Assembly (NCBI RefSeq): GCF_017874455.1
Contig: NZ_JAGGLN010000002.1
Span: 406,248 to 438,247 of the forward strand
DNA: 32,000 bases
Direction: 5' to 3'
Source: Methanobacterium aggregans
GTDB lineage: Archaea; Methanobacteriota; Methanobacteria; Methanobacteriales; Methanobacteriaceae
This document shows, piece after piece, positions 7,951 to 17,082 of the stretch. The notes under the pieces are model-generated. The model saw only the letters and a program-made list of their open reading frames with translations. It made no database searches and was not told the origin of the DNA. Made by a program: the position numbers and the translations under genes. Position 1 is the first letter of the stretch, and every line of letters begins with the position of its first letter.

Positions 7951-8500
7951 CCTCCCCGACTAGAGATGTTCCTGCATCAAATGCAGCAAGGTTCTTATCT
8001 TCAGTACCTGGTGGAACACTTTCTGCCACTGCCTGTCGGGCTGCTTTCTCAGATATAACCTTTGTTATCCTTGTTATTGCACCTATCATCACTATGTTGG
8101 CAACGATCTTCAATCCAACAACTTCTTCAGCTGTTTTGGTTACAGGTGCCTTGTGAAATTTTATGTTGTGATCCTCCACGAATGGCAGAACCTCATCCTC
8201 AATTATCATATCGGGATCAACTATCAAAGTGCCACCATCCTTTAGATCATCAAGGTAAGCTATCAATGCCTCATGGGATAATGCTACAAAAATGTCTGGC
8301 TTTTGAACCTTTGGATAGTCTATCTCCTCATCACTTATTACAACTTCAGTTCTTGAAGCTCCGCCCCTTGCTTCAGGACCGTAAGATTGGGTTTGAACAG
8401 CGTTTATTCCATCGTGAAGGGCTGCAGCTTTTCCTATAACTATTCCTGCAAGGATTATGCCCTGACCTCCAAAACCTGCTATTCTTATGTCTTTACGCAT
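7943..8500 (-). CDS. korC: 2-oxoglutarate:ferredoxin oxidoreductase gamma subunit
   Basis: MRKDIRIAGFGGQGIILAGIVIGKAAA...QTQSYGPEARGGASRTEVVISD is the typical POR/KOR gamma signature. The track ORF extends to 8563, but ATG 8500 follows AAGGAGG and sits 1 nt after the korB stop. Confidence 0.9.
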   Translation of the reverse strand: MRKDIRIAGFGGQGIILAGIVIGKAAALHDGINAVQTQSYGPEARGGASRTEVVISDEEIDYPKVQKPDIFVALSHEALIAYLDDLKDGGTLIVDPDMIIEDEVLPFVEDHNIKFHKAPVTKTAEEVVGLKIVANIVMIGAITRITKVISEKAARQAVAESVPPGTEDKNLAAFDAGTSLVGEDD

Positions 8501-8501
8501 C

Positions 8502-9368
8502 TTAAGCCTCCTTGTAAGCTGACTTAACTGATTGAGGAGTTCCATTTTGACATTTGTCTGCAATTAACTTGCAGAGTTTCTCTGCAAATTCAGGTTCTTT
8601 CTTATCCTGAAATTCTCCTATGACAATTTTTCCCTCAAGTTCTTCTTCAGGAAGTTTATCAGCCTTTCTTTTCATCATACTGGACTCCTTCATCCAGTTC
8701 ATCATGTCGATGGGAGAACGCATCTTATTTTTACGTCCGAAGTAGGTTGGACATTGGGATATCGTTTCAACAAATGAGAACCCCTTATTTTCAAGACCTT
8801 TTTTTATGGAATTTGAAAGCGGTACTGGATGTGTGGTTGTCCATCGTGCAACGTAGGTTGCACCTGCTGCTTTTGCAAGTTCTGAAAGGTTGAAAGGCCT
8901 TTCAATTGCCCCATATGGTGCTGTACTTCCATAGCTTCCCTTGGGACTTGTTGGGCTTATCTGTCCTCCAGTCATACCATATATGTTGTTGTTTATGCAG
9001 ATAACAGTCAGGTCTATGTTTCTCCTTGCACCATGTATCAGGTGGTTTCCACCTATTGCAGCAGCATCACCGTCTCCTGTGAACACAACAACATCGAGGT
9101 CAGGATTTGCAAGTTTCAGTCCTGTTGCAAATGCTATTGGTCTTCCATGGGTTGTGTGGAGTGAATCACACTTCACGTAGCCGGGTATTCTTGATGAACA
9201 CCCTATACCTGAAACGAGTACAAGGTTGTCAAAGTCCATTTCTGCAAGTTCCATGGCATTGAAGAATGCGTTCATGACGATACCATTCCCACATCCTGGG
9301 CAGAAGATGTTTGGAAGTCTTTCCTTCCGGAGGTACTTCATAAAACGGCTTTCCTTCTTTTCATCCAT
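8502..9368 (-). CDS. korB: 2-oxoglutarate:ferredoxin oxidoreductase beta subunit (TPP-binding)
   Basis: FCPGCGNG...SGIGCS...VVVFTGDGDAAAIGGNHLIHGARRN (GDG-x-N TPP motif). Confidence 0.92.
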   Translation of the reverse strand: MDEKKESRFMKYLRKERLPNIFCPGCGNGIVMNAFFNAMELAEMDFDNLVLVSGIGCSSRIPGYVKCDSLHTTHGRPIAFATGLKLANPDLDVVVFTGDGDAAAIGGNHLIHGARRNIDLTVICINNNIYGMTGGQISPTSPKGSYGSTAPYGAIERPFNLSELAKAAGATYVARWTTTHPVPLSNSIKKGLENKGFSFVETISQCPTYFGRKNKMRSPIDMMNWMKESSMMKRKADKLPEEELEGKIVIGEFQDKKEPEFAEKLCKLIADKCQNGTPQSVKSAYKEA

Positions 9369-9521
9369 CTTATCTCATCTCCGTGTTACAGTATATCCTT
9401 AAATTCTGTATTATCATTAAATTTATTTTTAAATTAATATTTAGAAGTTATTTGTCTGAAATAATATTATTTAACTTAATTAAACAGATGTTCCAAATTT
9501 GAAGCTTTTTTAATGGATATT

Positions 9522-9544
9522 AACAATTTTAATCATTAATTGTT
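9522..9544 (-). terminator. Hairpin abutting the korA stop, inside a 176-bp korA-korB spacer
   Basis: AACAATT (9522-9528) / AATTGTT (9538-9544), 9-nt loop, directly after the korA stop (9545-9547). On the minus strand it is followed by an A/T-rich spacer containing TATA-like tttaaaaataaattt and the SD GGAGATGA before korB. Its function (attenuator, terminator or processing site) is not established. Confidence 0.3.
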
Positions 9545-10678
9545 TCAATCTGATCTTATTTTTTCAAGTATTTCCTCAGGTAAATGCATTTCTCCACCGA
9601 TCTTTGGGAGGAGTTCAACTTCTTTATCCCTGAGAACCCTTTGAACCTCGTAAAATACCTGTCCAAGGTTCATCTCTACAACCAAAATTTTTTTGGCATT
9701 GCTCACGGCCTGGATCAGTTTTTCTTCAGGGAATGGCCAGACAGTTTCAAGCTTCACAAAACCTGCCTTTATACCCTCTTCTCTTGCATTTTTAACTGCT
9801 GTAAGGACTGACCTTGATGGTGCACCGTAAGATACAACCACAACCTCTGCATCATCTGTGAAGGTTGTTTTGATCCGGGTTATTTCATCCCTGTTTTTCA
9901 GGATCTTGTCACATAACCTTGTAACCAGTTTTGAATGGGTTTTGGGGTTGGATGCATCTGGATATCCCCTTTCATCATGGGTCAATCCTGTTATGTGCAT
10001 CTTGTAACCATCACCGAAAGCAGGCATTCTTGAAGTTCCAGTGGGATCCGCCCTGTAGGGCAGGAAATTTTCAGGAGATTCTTCAGGCATCTTTCTTGGT
10101 GTGATGTCAACGTGTTCAGGTATGGTGATCTTCTCCCTCATATGGCCAACGATTTCATCGCTCATTACCATAACTGGTACACGGTACTTTTCAGCCAGGT
10201 TGAATGCTTCAACTGTGAAGTCAAAACATTCCTGGACAGATGATGGTGAAAGAGTTATTACTTCGTAGTCTCCATGGGATCCCCAGCGTGCCTGCATCAT
10301 GTCGCTCTGGGAGGCCATTGTTGGCTGGCCAGTGGATGGTGATCCACGCTGCATGTTCACGATTACAATGGGTGTTTCTGTCATGGCTGCGTATCCCATA
10401 TGCTCCATCATCAGGGAGAATCCTGGGCCTGAAGTGGCAGTCATTGCCTTCATACCGCCCCAAACAGCACCTATAACAGCACCAAGTGCCGATATTTCGT
10501 CTTCCATCTGTATGAATGAACCTCCCTCCCGTGGGAGGAAAACTGCCATGTCTTCGGCTATTTCAGTTGAGGGGGTGATTGGGTATCCTGCAAAGAACCT
10601 GCAGCCCGCCTTAATGGCACCCCTGGCACAGGCCTCATTTCCCTGTATAAAGAATTGATCAGTCTTCATCTTCTTCAT
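9545..10678 (-). CDS. korA: 2-oxoglutarate:ferredoxin oxidoreductase alpha subunit
   Basis: QGNEACARGAIKAGCRFFAGYPITPSTEI...SGPGFSLMMEHMGYAAMTETPIVIVNMQRGSPSTGQPT is the canonical 2-oxoacid:ferredoxin oxidoreductase alpha signature. The start overlaps the korD end. Confidence 0.93.
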   Translation of the reverse strand: MKKMKTDQFFIQGNEACARGAIKAGCRFFAGYPITPSTEIAEDMAVFLPREGGSFIQMEDEISALGAVIGAVWGGMKAMTATSGPGFSLMMEHMGYAAMTETPIVIVNMQRGSPSTGQPTMASQSDMMQARWGSHGDYEVITLSPSSVQECFDFTVEAFNLAEKYRVPVMVMSDEIVGHMREKITIPEHVDITPRKMPEESPENFLPYRADPTGTSRMPAFGDGYKMHITGLTHDERGYPDASNPKTHSKLVTRLCDKILKNRDEITRIKTTFTDDAEVVVVSYGAPSRSVLTAVKNAREEGIKAGFVKLETVWPFPEEKLIQAVSNAKKILVVEMNLGQVFYEVQRVLRDKEVELLPKIGGEMHLPEEILEKIRSD

Positions 10679-10874
10679 CCACCCTTATTGCTTGATCTGG
10701 ACACATAAGAGTGCAAGTACCGCATCTGGTGCATCTTTCCCCATGAACTGGTACTGGCAGGCGCACACCCTTTTTATTGGGTGTTTTTGACTGCTCATAA
10801 ACCTTCCTGGGACAGAACTCAGTGCAGATATTGCATCCCTTGCATAAGTTCTCATTAACGGTTATCATATTCAT
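10659..10874 (-). CDS. korD: 2-oxoglutarate:ferredoxin oxidoreductase delta subunit (2x[4Fe-4S] ferredoxin)
   Basis: CKGCNICTEFCP and CTRCGTCTLMCP are two CxxCxxCxxxCP motifs in 71 aa. Confidence 0.9.
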   Translation of the reverse strand: MNMITVNENLCKGCNICTEFCPRKVYEQSKTPNKKGVRLPVPVHGERCTRCGTCTLMCPDQAIRVDEEDED

Positions 10875-11112
10875 TCCCTAATTTATGGTAATTAAACAGA
10901 AATTTATCAATATATGATGTATAGCCCTAATAATATAAAAATTAATGCAGAATTAGTGGAGTTCTTATAAAGTGATCCAAACTGTGTGAATTAAAATTAG
11001 TATCATTAAAAAGGACAAAGTTCATTTAAGTCATAGCATCATCCAAACCCGGAACATGATTAAAATATTTGCTATTAAAGATTCAAGCTCATAATCACTT
11101 ATTTTTATAATT

Positions 11113-11565
11113 TTAAATGGCTAATTTTGTTTTAACCGAGTAAATTTTGATGGTACCTTTAACACCGTTTTCTGAAATTACAAGGCTTTTAATTGCAGAA
11201 TTATTTAAATTAAAAGTACATGTTTATTTTGATTCTCATTAAAAAATGGAATACCTTTGTTGTAAATTATATTTCCATTAAATTGAGCTATTGACTGCCT
11301 ACCCTTTACATCAGCATTATAACCCATATTAAAAGACCATGGGTGCCTGTACTTACTGGTGCCCATGATAAATTGTAATTTATCCTAATATTCATGGTTC
11401 CTGAAGGTATGGTAACAACGGTGTCCTCTACTGAATCCATTCCACCTACGTTATAACTTCCTATTAGCGTGCTTTTGGTAGTTGTTAAAGTGTTGTTGGT
11501 AGTTACAGTGTGGGTTAATACGAATGGTATCAAACAACAAGGAAAACCAAAGCCCCAATCCCCAT
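11113..11565 (-). pseudogene. Possible frameshifted remnant of a small secreted beta-rich protein gene
   Basis: Minus-strand ATG 11565 gives MGIGALVFLVV then a stop. A +1 frame continues IPFVLTHTVTTNNTLTTTKSTLIGSYNVGGMDSVEDTVVTIPSGTMNIRINYNLSWAPVSTGTHG. A third frame continues WSFNMGYNADVKGRQSIAQFNGNIIYNKGIPFFNENQNKHVLLI. A fourth continues NLNNSAIKSLVISENGVKGTIKIYSVKTKLAI and ends at a stop. Long open stretches in AT-rich DNA with CARDB/Ig-like beta-strand composition suggest former coding sequence carrying about three frameshifts. Confidence 0.35.
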
Positions 11566-11578
11566 TAAAATCCGTTTT

Positions 11579-12508
11579 TTAGTTTATCCCAGACCTTGAA
11601 CCAGCCTCAGATTCTGATTCTTCATCCAGTGACAAAACCTCACTAAATTTTAAAGTGCCTCCACACTCACACTTATCACTGAAATCCTCAGGAGACTCCC
11701 CAGGCTGTAACTGGTAGTATCCTCCACATTTCTCACAGACTAAATATCCATTGCTTTCAGATAGATAGAATAATGCTGCGGATCTGTAGATGTAGATCTC
11801 TATGTAGGGAACTATGAGCAATTGGATTAACAGAACCCCTACAATTTTAAGCGAAGCTAAACTGAAAAGGGCTACAATGAAAGCTCCTATAATTATAACA
11901 ATTAAACCAATGATTATGGCACTTATATACAATTTTACAAGGTTACCCCATCCAATATTAGAGATCTTCTTGAATATTTCGCGGACTTCAAATGCTGCCC
12001 CAAGATCATCATAAAATGCCATATTTGCCAATGCCATTAAAAATACCGGAAGCATTACAATCAAGTAAAAAATTGCAATTAAAATCAAAATTCCAAGGAG
12101 TATTACAACACTATTTCCCATAATGCCCGCAGTTAAACCTAAACCTAATCCACCAACTATCATAATCAAGAAAAAAGGAAGGATATAACCGATAACAACC
12201 ACAAATATTTTAATACCATCTACAAACAGGTCAAACCCATTGTTAAAATCTGGGAGTTCTTCAAAACCAGCTAAAGAATATTTCAGAATTCTGATCTTAT
12301 ACCCATATACAAATAACCCAAATATTAACCCAAAAAGACCTGAAATGGCTAATAAGATCAGAGTAATACCTGCAGATTGGAGAACACCCATAGATTCAAA
12401 AATATAATTTAAACTACTCAGCATTACAAGGATTCCAAAAATCAAAAGCTTCTTCCAATCTGAAAACGGATATTTAATGGAATTTTTTACTATTTCCCCA
12501 ACCTTCAT
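11579..12508 (-). CDS. DUF4013-like polytopic membrane protein with C-terminal cytoplasmic zinc ribbon
   Basis: [27 protein letters not shown] is an N-terminus typical (from memory) of DUF4013. About 6-7 TM segments follow. The C-terminus reads [30 protein letters not shown] (CxxC-x18-CxC) with an acidic tail. The track ORF starts at 12529; ATG 12508 is preferred. Confidence 0.6.
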   Translation of the reverse strand: MKVGEIVKNSIKYPFSDWKKLLIFGILVMLSSLNYIFESMGVLQSAGITLILLAISGLFGLIFGLFVYGYKIRILKYSLAGFEELPDFNNGFDLFVDGIKIFVVVIGYILPFFLIMIVGGLGLGLTAGIMGNSVVILLGILILIAIFYLIVMLPVFLMALANMAFYDDLGAAFEVREIFKKISNIGWGNLVKLYISAIIIGLIVIIIGAFIVALFSLASLKIVGVLLIQLLIVPYIEIYIYRSAALFYLSESNGYLVCEKCGGYYQLQPGESPEDFSDKCECGGTLKFSEVLSLDEESESEAGSRSGIN

Positions 12509-12876
12509 GAGCATTACACCTGTAAACAATTGAAATCAATATTATATTAACATAACAAAATAATATTTAATACTTTCTATTTTATTTCTATATAACCCGG
12601 TAAGAGCATCAGTAGAACTATTTTTAGGATGTTCTTTAAAAATAAAAGGATATTCCTAATTCTTTCAAAATATTTCCTTCATCAATCATGTTTAAAAAGA
12701 TTTTAAATCCAATAAAACTCGTTGAATGTTTAATTCAATCAATTCCAAAAGTTTTGAAAAAAATAAAAGCAGTACTTAGGTATGAAAGTTCATTTCAATA
12801 TTAAAAAAAGTGAGGTTAAAAAATTCCAAATTGAGAAGTTCAAACTAAATTCGATAACAAAAATCAGGAAAGTAGT

Positions 12877-12906
12877 TCATGGAATGATCTCTCATGGAAT
12901 GATCTC
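12877..12906. repeat. Perfect 2 x 15-bp tandem duplication spanning the stop codon of the 84-aa gene
   Basis: tcatggaatgatctc occurs at 12877-12891 and 12892-12906. On the minus strand this is gag atc att cca TGA twice, so the last four codons plus the stop (E-I-I-P-stop) are duplicated just downstream of the real stop. Confidence 0.9.
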
Positions 12907-13146
12907 AAGGTAATGAGCCTCATTTGCACCAGCATTAAACTCTATACTTGTAACACCATCCATTATATCTTCAAATATCTGCCATAATGTGTCATCATCT
13001 GCGTAGATGCAGAAAACATTTTTATCTTTAAGTGTAACCTTCTCAACACCTTCATAATCATTTTTAAGGTCTTGGTATATTTCATCAGCAGTGACATTAC
13101 TATCTGTTTCAGCTTCTTTTCTAACAGTTTGGTTATTAATATCCAT
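12892..13146 (-). CDS. Small acidic hypothetical protein (84 aa)
   Basis: Strong SD GGAGGA 6-7 nt upstream of the ATG. Asp/Glu-rich with no TM or signal peptide. No family recognised. Confidence 0.55.
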   Translation of the reverse strand: MDINNQTVRKEAETDSNVTADEIYQDLKNDYEGVEKVTLKDKNVFCIYADDDTLWQIFEDIMDGVTSIEFNAGANEAHYLEIIP

Positions 13147-13385
13147 GAATAGTCCTCCGTATCAAATTTCACCAACGAACCCAATGAATGAGTTCAATGA
13201 ATCAATTTTAGTAAGTAGAGTTTATGTTGGTTAAAATAGGTTATTTCATCATTTATGAATTATTTGTTATGAATTATTTTATTTTTAAAACACTGTTAAA
13301 AAAATAGTGAAATTAATGGTTTAATTATTTTTTTAAATTAGGGTTTATTCCCTGGTATTCATTGCTCTTTTACTGATCTCGGGTT

Positions 13386-13817
13386 TTATTCTTCGATCTT
13401 TTCTATGTACATAAGGGGATAGTTAAGCTCTTCAACATACCTCAACCTCACAGTTACCCTTTTACCACCATAGACTGATGAAACCTTAACATCCAACATT
13501 TCACCTGTGAGGGAGATGTAATCATATTCATTTTCAACGGCGTGGAGTGTGTTCCTGTCTATGGTAACCTCCAGTTTTTCTATACATGGCTGGAGTTCCA
13601 TTGCACCCTTTATGGATCTTTCAAGGGATTCAGCACTTTTGATACTGACTGGGGTTCCAACGAACTGATGAAAAAGTGCACCCATGGTTATTGCACCTTC
13701 AAATATTGCCCTTTCCCTTTCTGAAATATTACTGAAGTACTCTGAATCCACATCCACTTTATCCACAGTTTCTGTATTCAAATTCTTTGTATCCAAATTC
13801 TCTGAGTTCTCTTTCAT
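13386..13817 (-). CDS. mptD: Archaeal dihydroneopterin aldolase (methanopterin pathway, MptD-like)
   Basis: The SERERAIFEGAITMGALFHQFVGTPVS...ESLERSIKGAMELQPCIEKLEV core matches my recollection of the MJ0408/COG2098 family (E..aIFE.GI.lGa.yHQF.GTPvs). SD AGGTG upstream. There is an N-terminal low-complexity extension. Confidence 0.6.
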   Translation of the reverse strand: MKENSENLDTKNLNTETVDKVDVDSEYFSNISERERAIFEGAITMGALFHQFVGTPVSIKSAESLERSIKGAMELQPCIEKLEVTIDRNTLHAVENEYDYISLTGEMLDVKVSSVYGGKRVTVRLRYVEELNYPLMYIEKIEE

Positions 13818-13891
13818 TCAAACACCTGATAATATGACATTTAATATGGGATGTATAGTTGGATACACCCAAAAAACGTTAAAACTGAAAT

Positions 13892-14638
13892 CTAAACACC
13901 TAATAAACTGTTCATCCATGACAATCCTGATCCAACAGCATCTGGAAGGGGTTGATAGAAGTATCCTACCACAAGGAGCAATGTGAATAGAACTGTTGCT
14001 GCAAATATCAGGATCTTATCCTCTTTAACAGGATATAAATAGCTCAGTATCGTTCCAACCGCAAAAAAACCAGCCATTATAATGAATGCATATTCAGGGT
14101 TGTTCGGGGGTTTTTTCTCGGTCTTCTCCTGTATTGGATATATCTTACCCTGTTTCGCCTCTATCACCAGCCTTTGAGCTGATGATCCCAGGGGATAACA
14201 TGTTATAAGGAACAGCACTTTTCCCTGTTCCACGGATAATCTGTAGGAAGCTGGAACTATTGTTGAGTTGATAACAGTGTACTCCACGTTACCTATCCCC
14301 GGCCATTCAAGGGTTATGTTGTCTCCTGCCTTAAGCTCGTTGAGCCTGAGAAACGGGGACCCATGAAGGGTCCTGTGACCAAAAAGAACAACCGTTCCAT
14401 AGCCTGGTTTGGAAGATGCAGGTTCATGGTAAACACCATAATTAATGGATTTATTGTTTATGGCCTGATCAACACCTATTTTAGATATTTCAAGGTAAGG
14501 AGTGTCTGAGATGTTCTTGGTTACCTCCTGGGCAGATGCATAGTAATTAACTTCCACGATGCAGTAGAATGAAATTATGAGCAGACCCAGCACCACGAAG
14601 ATGGTTGAAATTTTCATGGTTATTAATATGAAACTCAT
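13892..14638 (-). CDS. Sortase-family transpeptidase with N-terminal anchor and two extra C-terminal TM helices
   Basis: LEISKIGVDQAI...YGTVVLFGHRTLHGSPFLRLNELKAGDNITLEW...VEYTVINSTIV...VLFLITCYPLGSSAQRLVIEAK contains the sortase His (GHR), Cys (ITCYP, the TLxTC-type motif) and Arg (QRLV) in canonical order and spacing. There is an N-terminal TM. C-terminal hydrophobic segments are YAFIIMAGFFAVGTILSYLY and ILIFAATVLFTLLLVVGYFY. Confidence 0.8.
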   Translation of the reverse strand: MSFILITMKISTIFVVLGLLIISFYCIVEVNYYASAQEVTKNISDTPYLEISKIGVDQAINNKSINYGVYHEPASSKPGYGTVVLFGHRTLHGSPFLRLNELKAGDNITLEWPGIGNVEYTVINSTIVPASYRLSVEQGKVLFLITCYPLGSSAQRLVIEAKQGKIYPIQEKTEKKPPNNPEYAFIIMAGFFAVGTILSYLYPVKEDKILIFAATVLFTLLLVVGYFYQPLPDAVGSGLSWMNSLLGV

Positions 14639-14736
14639 CTTTAAGAACCCTTTGATCCTTCATGAAAATGGGCTCATGAACCTTGCAAAAATTTGGGAAA
14701 CAGTGATCAACAAAGATTTCGGTTTTAATTTCAATT

Positions 14737-14783
14737 TATAGATTATAGGTAGGTTATGGAACAAATTAAGTATAGATTATAGG
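14737..14783. repeat. Two copies of a 13-bp direct repeat (tatagattatagg), 34 bp apart, upstream of the sortase gene
   Basis: 14737-14749 and 14771-14783 are identical. They lie about 100-145 bp upstream of the sortase start on the minus strand. They share GATTATAGG with the leader hairpins of the Tyr/Lys-repeat genes. Confidence 0.6.
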
Positions 14784-14874
14784 ATAAAAACTTGAAAAAA
14801 AGTATATCAAAAATAATTTTTTTAAAATTTGAGTTTATAGAGGGATTTATTTAAAAAAAAGGGTTTGAAAGATT

Positions 14875-14914
14875 AAAAAAAATATCCGTACTGACTGTTA
14901 ATGTTAACAGCCAG
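14875..14914 (-). terminator. Hairpin plus T8 tract after the psd-pssA-465aa operon
   Basis: The minus strand after the stop (14929) reads CTGGCTGTTAAcaTTAACAGTCAG (11-bp arms, one mismatch) and then tacggatATTTTTTTT. This is intrinsic-terminator-like and fits oligo-T dependent archaeal termination. Confidence 0.6.
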
Positions 14915-14928
14915 TTTTAGGCCCTTCT

Positions 14929-16319
14929 TCAATTGTAGATGGTTTTGAGTTCACTGATCATCCATGTTGGAGCTGATTGTGTTGGAACAGTGAGCATTGC
15001 ACTATCCATGTTCTGTATTAAGAACGGAGCATCATCCCTTGGAACCTCCAAGAGTATCATGTACTGAGCATCAAGCTCTCCCAGGTTTGACACCCTTTCA
15101 AAGTCAGCAAGTCTCCATCCATAGGAAGTTAGGAGTGAACTAACCTGACCTTGGTTCCATGTTCTAGATGCTGCAGCCTTTAAAAGCTCTTCAACATTGG
15201 TTACCTGAACAGATTTGGAGTATCCAGATCCTGATCCAGCTGAAGAACCATATGCGGATCCTGATCCTGAAGTGGAGTTAGTGTTCGCAGATGCAGATGC
15301 TGCCATTGATGCTGCATATTTTGCCTGTAACTGTGCCTGTGTTAAGTTGGCATCTATAGTTCCACTATCCGTTGCCCTTAAAATTGCCAGGACTGTTGCT
15401 CCACTGATGTTAGGAGTTGTACTCGTATTGGTAGTATTTCCACCACTTGAAGCATTGGTTCTAAGGTACACATCAACTGTGTTTCCCACAGTGACCAATC
15501 CCCCAGCAGCCTGGAGTCTGGATACCAGTATTGGAACTGCAACAGTGTCTGGTGTTTCAACATCCATGTTGGACAGAACACTTGCATCGGCGCTGTTAAC
15601 AATTTGCTGGGCCGCATCAACCTTCATCATCAAATCCTTTTGATTGTCAGAACTTTGATTTCCAGTATCATAGGTTATCATCACCCTCTTGTAGGTGTCC
15701 TTCTTGTTGTTGATCTGCTGGGTTTGATACGTTCTCCATGACGTTGTTGCAGGTCCAAGAACATCCACTGCCAGTACCTGATCCGGAGTAACACCACTAT
15801 CGATCTCAGCTAGTAGTATTTGTTTCTTTGGATCAGATGCTAAACCTCCTTTGAAATAGGAATTAATCTCATTGTACTTCTGCATTTTGGCATCGTTAAG
15901 TGTATCTTGATACGGTGCATAGAACAGGAAGTAGTAACCTACTACAGCAATAACTATGAGTATAACACCAAAGACAGCCGCACCAACCAATGTTTTCTGG
16001 TCATCATCGGGAAGTTTCTTTCCAAAGCCACCACCCCCACCTAAACCTCCTAAACCTTTAGCTTTTTTCTCAGGAGGTCTCAACCTAGGTTTAGAGTCCA
16101 GAGGCTTCGTTTTAGGTCTGGGCATGGGTTTGGGTATTTTTTTGTTGTTAGAAGATTTTTCACCCAAATCACCTGTTTCCTTACCTTTTCCATTGTTCCC
16201 TGATACTTTACCCACCATGTCCTTGAGTCGTCCCCCCATGTCTGACTCGGACTTTTTTCCATTTTTACGGAGATCAGGGGCTTCTTTTTTATCTTTATCC
16301 TTTTTTCCTAGTATTTTAT

Positions 16320-16326
<7 letters not shown>
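14929..16326 (-). CDS. Single-pass membrane protein: Lys/Pro/Gly-rich cytoplasmic tail, TM, extracellular CpaB/SAF-like domain, S/G/T/N-rich linker, C-terminal globular domain
   Basis: A 465-aa ORF. Residues 1-111 are basic and low-complexity (KKDKDKK, KKIPKPMPRPKTKP, GLGGLGGGGGFGKK). The TM covers about residues 112-136 (LVGAAVFGVILIVIAVVGYYFLFY). VAVPILVSRLQAAGGLVTVGNTVDVYL and ATVLAILRA resemble the CpaB/RcpC beta-clip motif (..V.v.....gG.i.pGd.VDV..). The ATG overlaps the pssA stop (ATGTTAG). Confidence 0.75.
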
Positions 16327-17039
<713 letters not shown>

Positions 17040-17082
17040 AATTAAACTCCTTTAAAGTCCTTTTTATGGTTTATATTCTCTT

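Noticed and set aside
13892-13960. LPDAVG near the C-terminus of the sortase as a self-sorting (LPxTG-like) signal
   Set aside because: The sequence is L-P-D-A-V-G, not LPxTG. It follows the TM helices rather than preceding them, and no basic tail follows. It is most likely coincidental.
15215-15643. 142-aa plus-strand ORF (and 15956..16366, 136 aa) inside the 465-aa membrane protein gene
   Set aside because: These are antisense shadow ORFs within a low-complexity S/G/A/T-rich or Lys/Gly/Pro-rich coding region. They have Pro/Ala-rich nonsense composition, no SD, and overlap a better-supported gene that is coupled to pssA.
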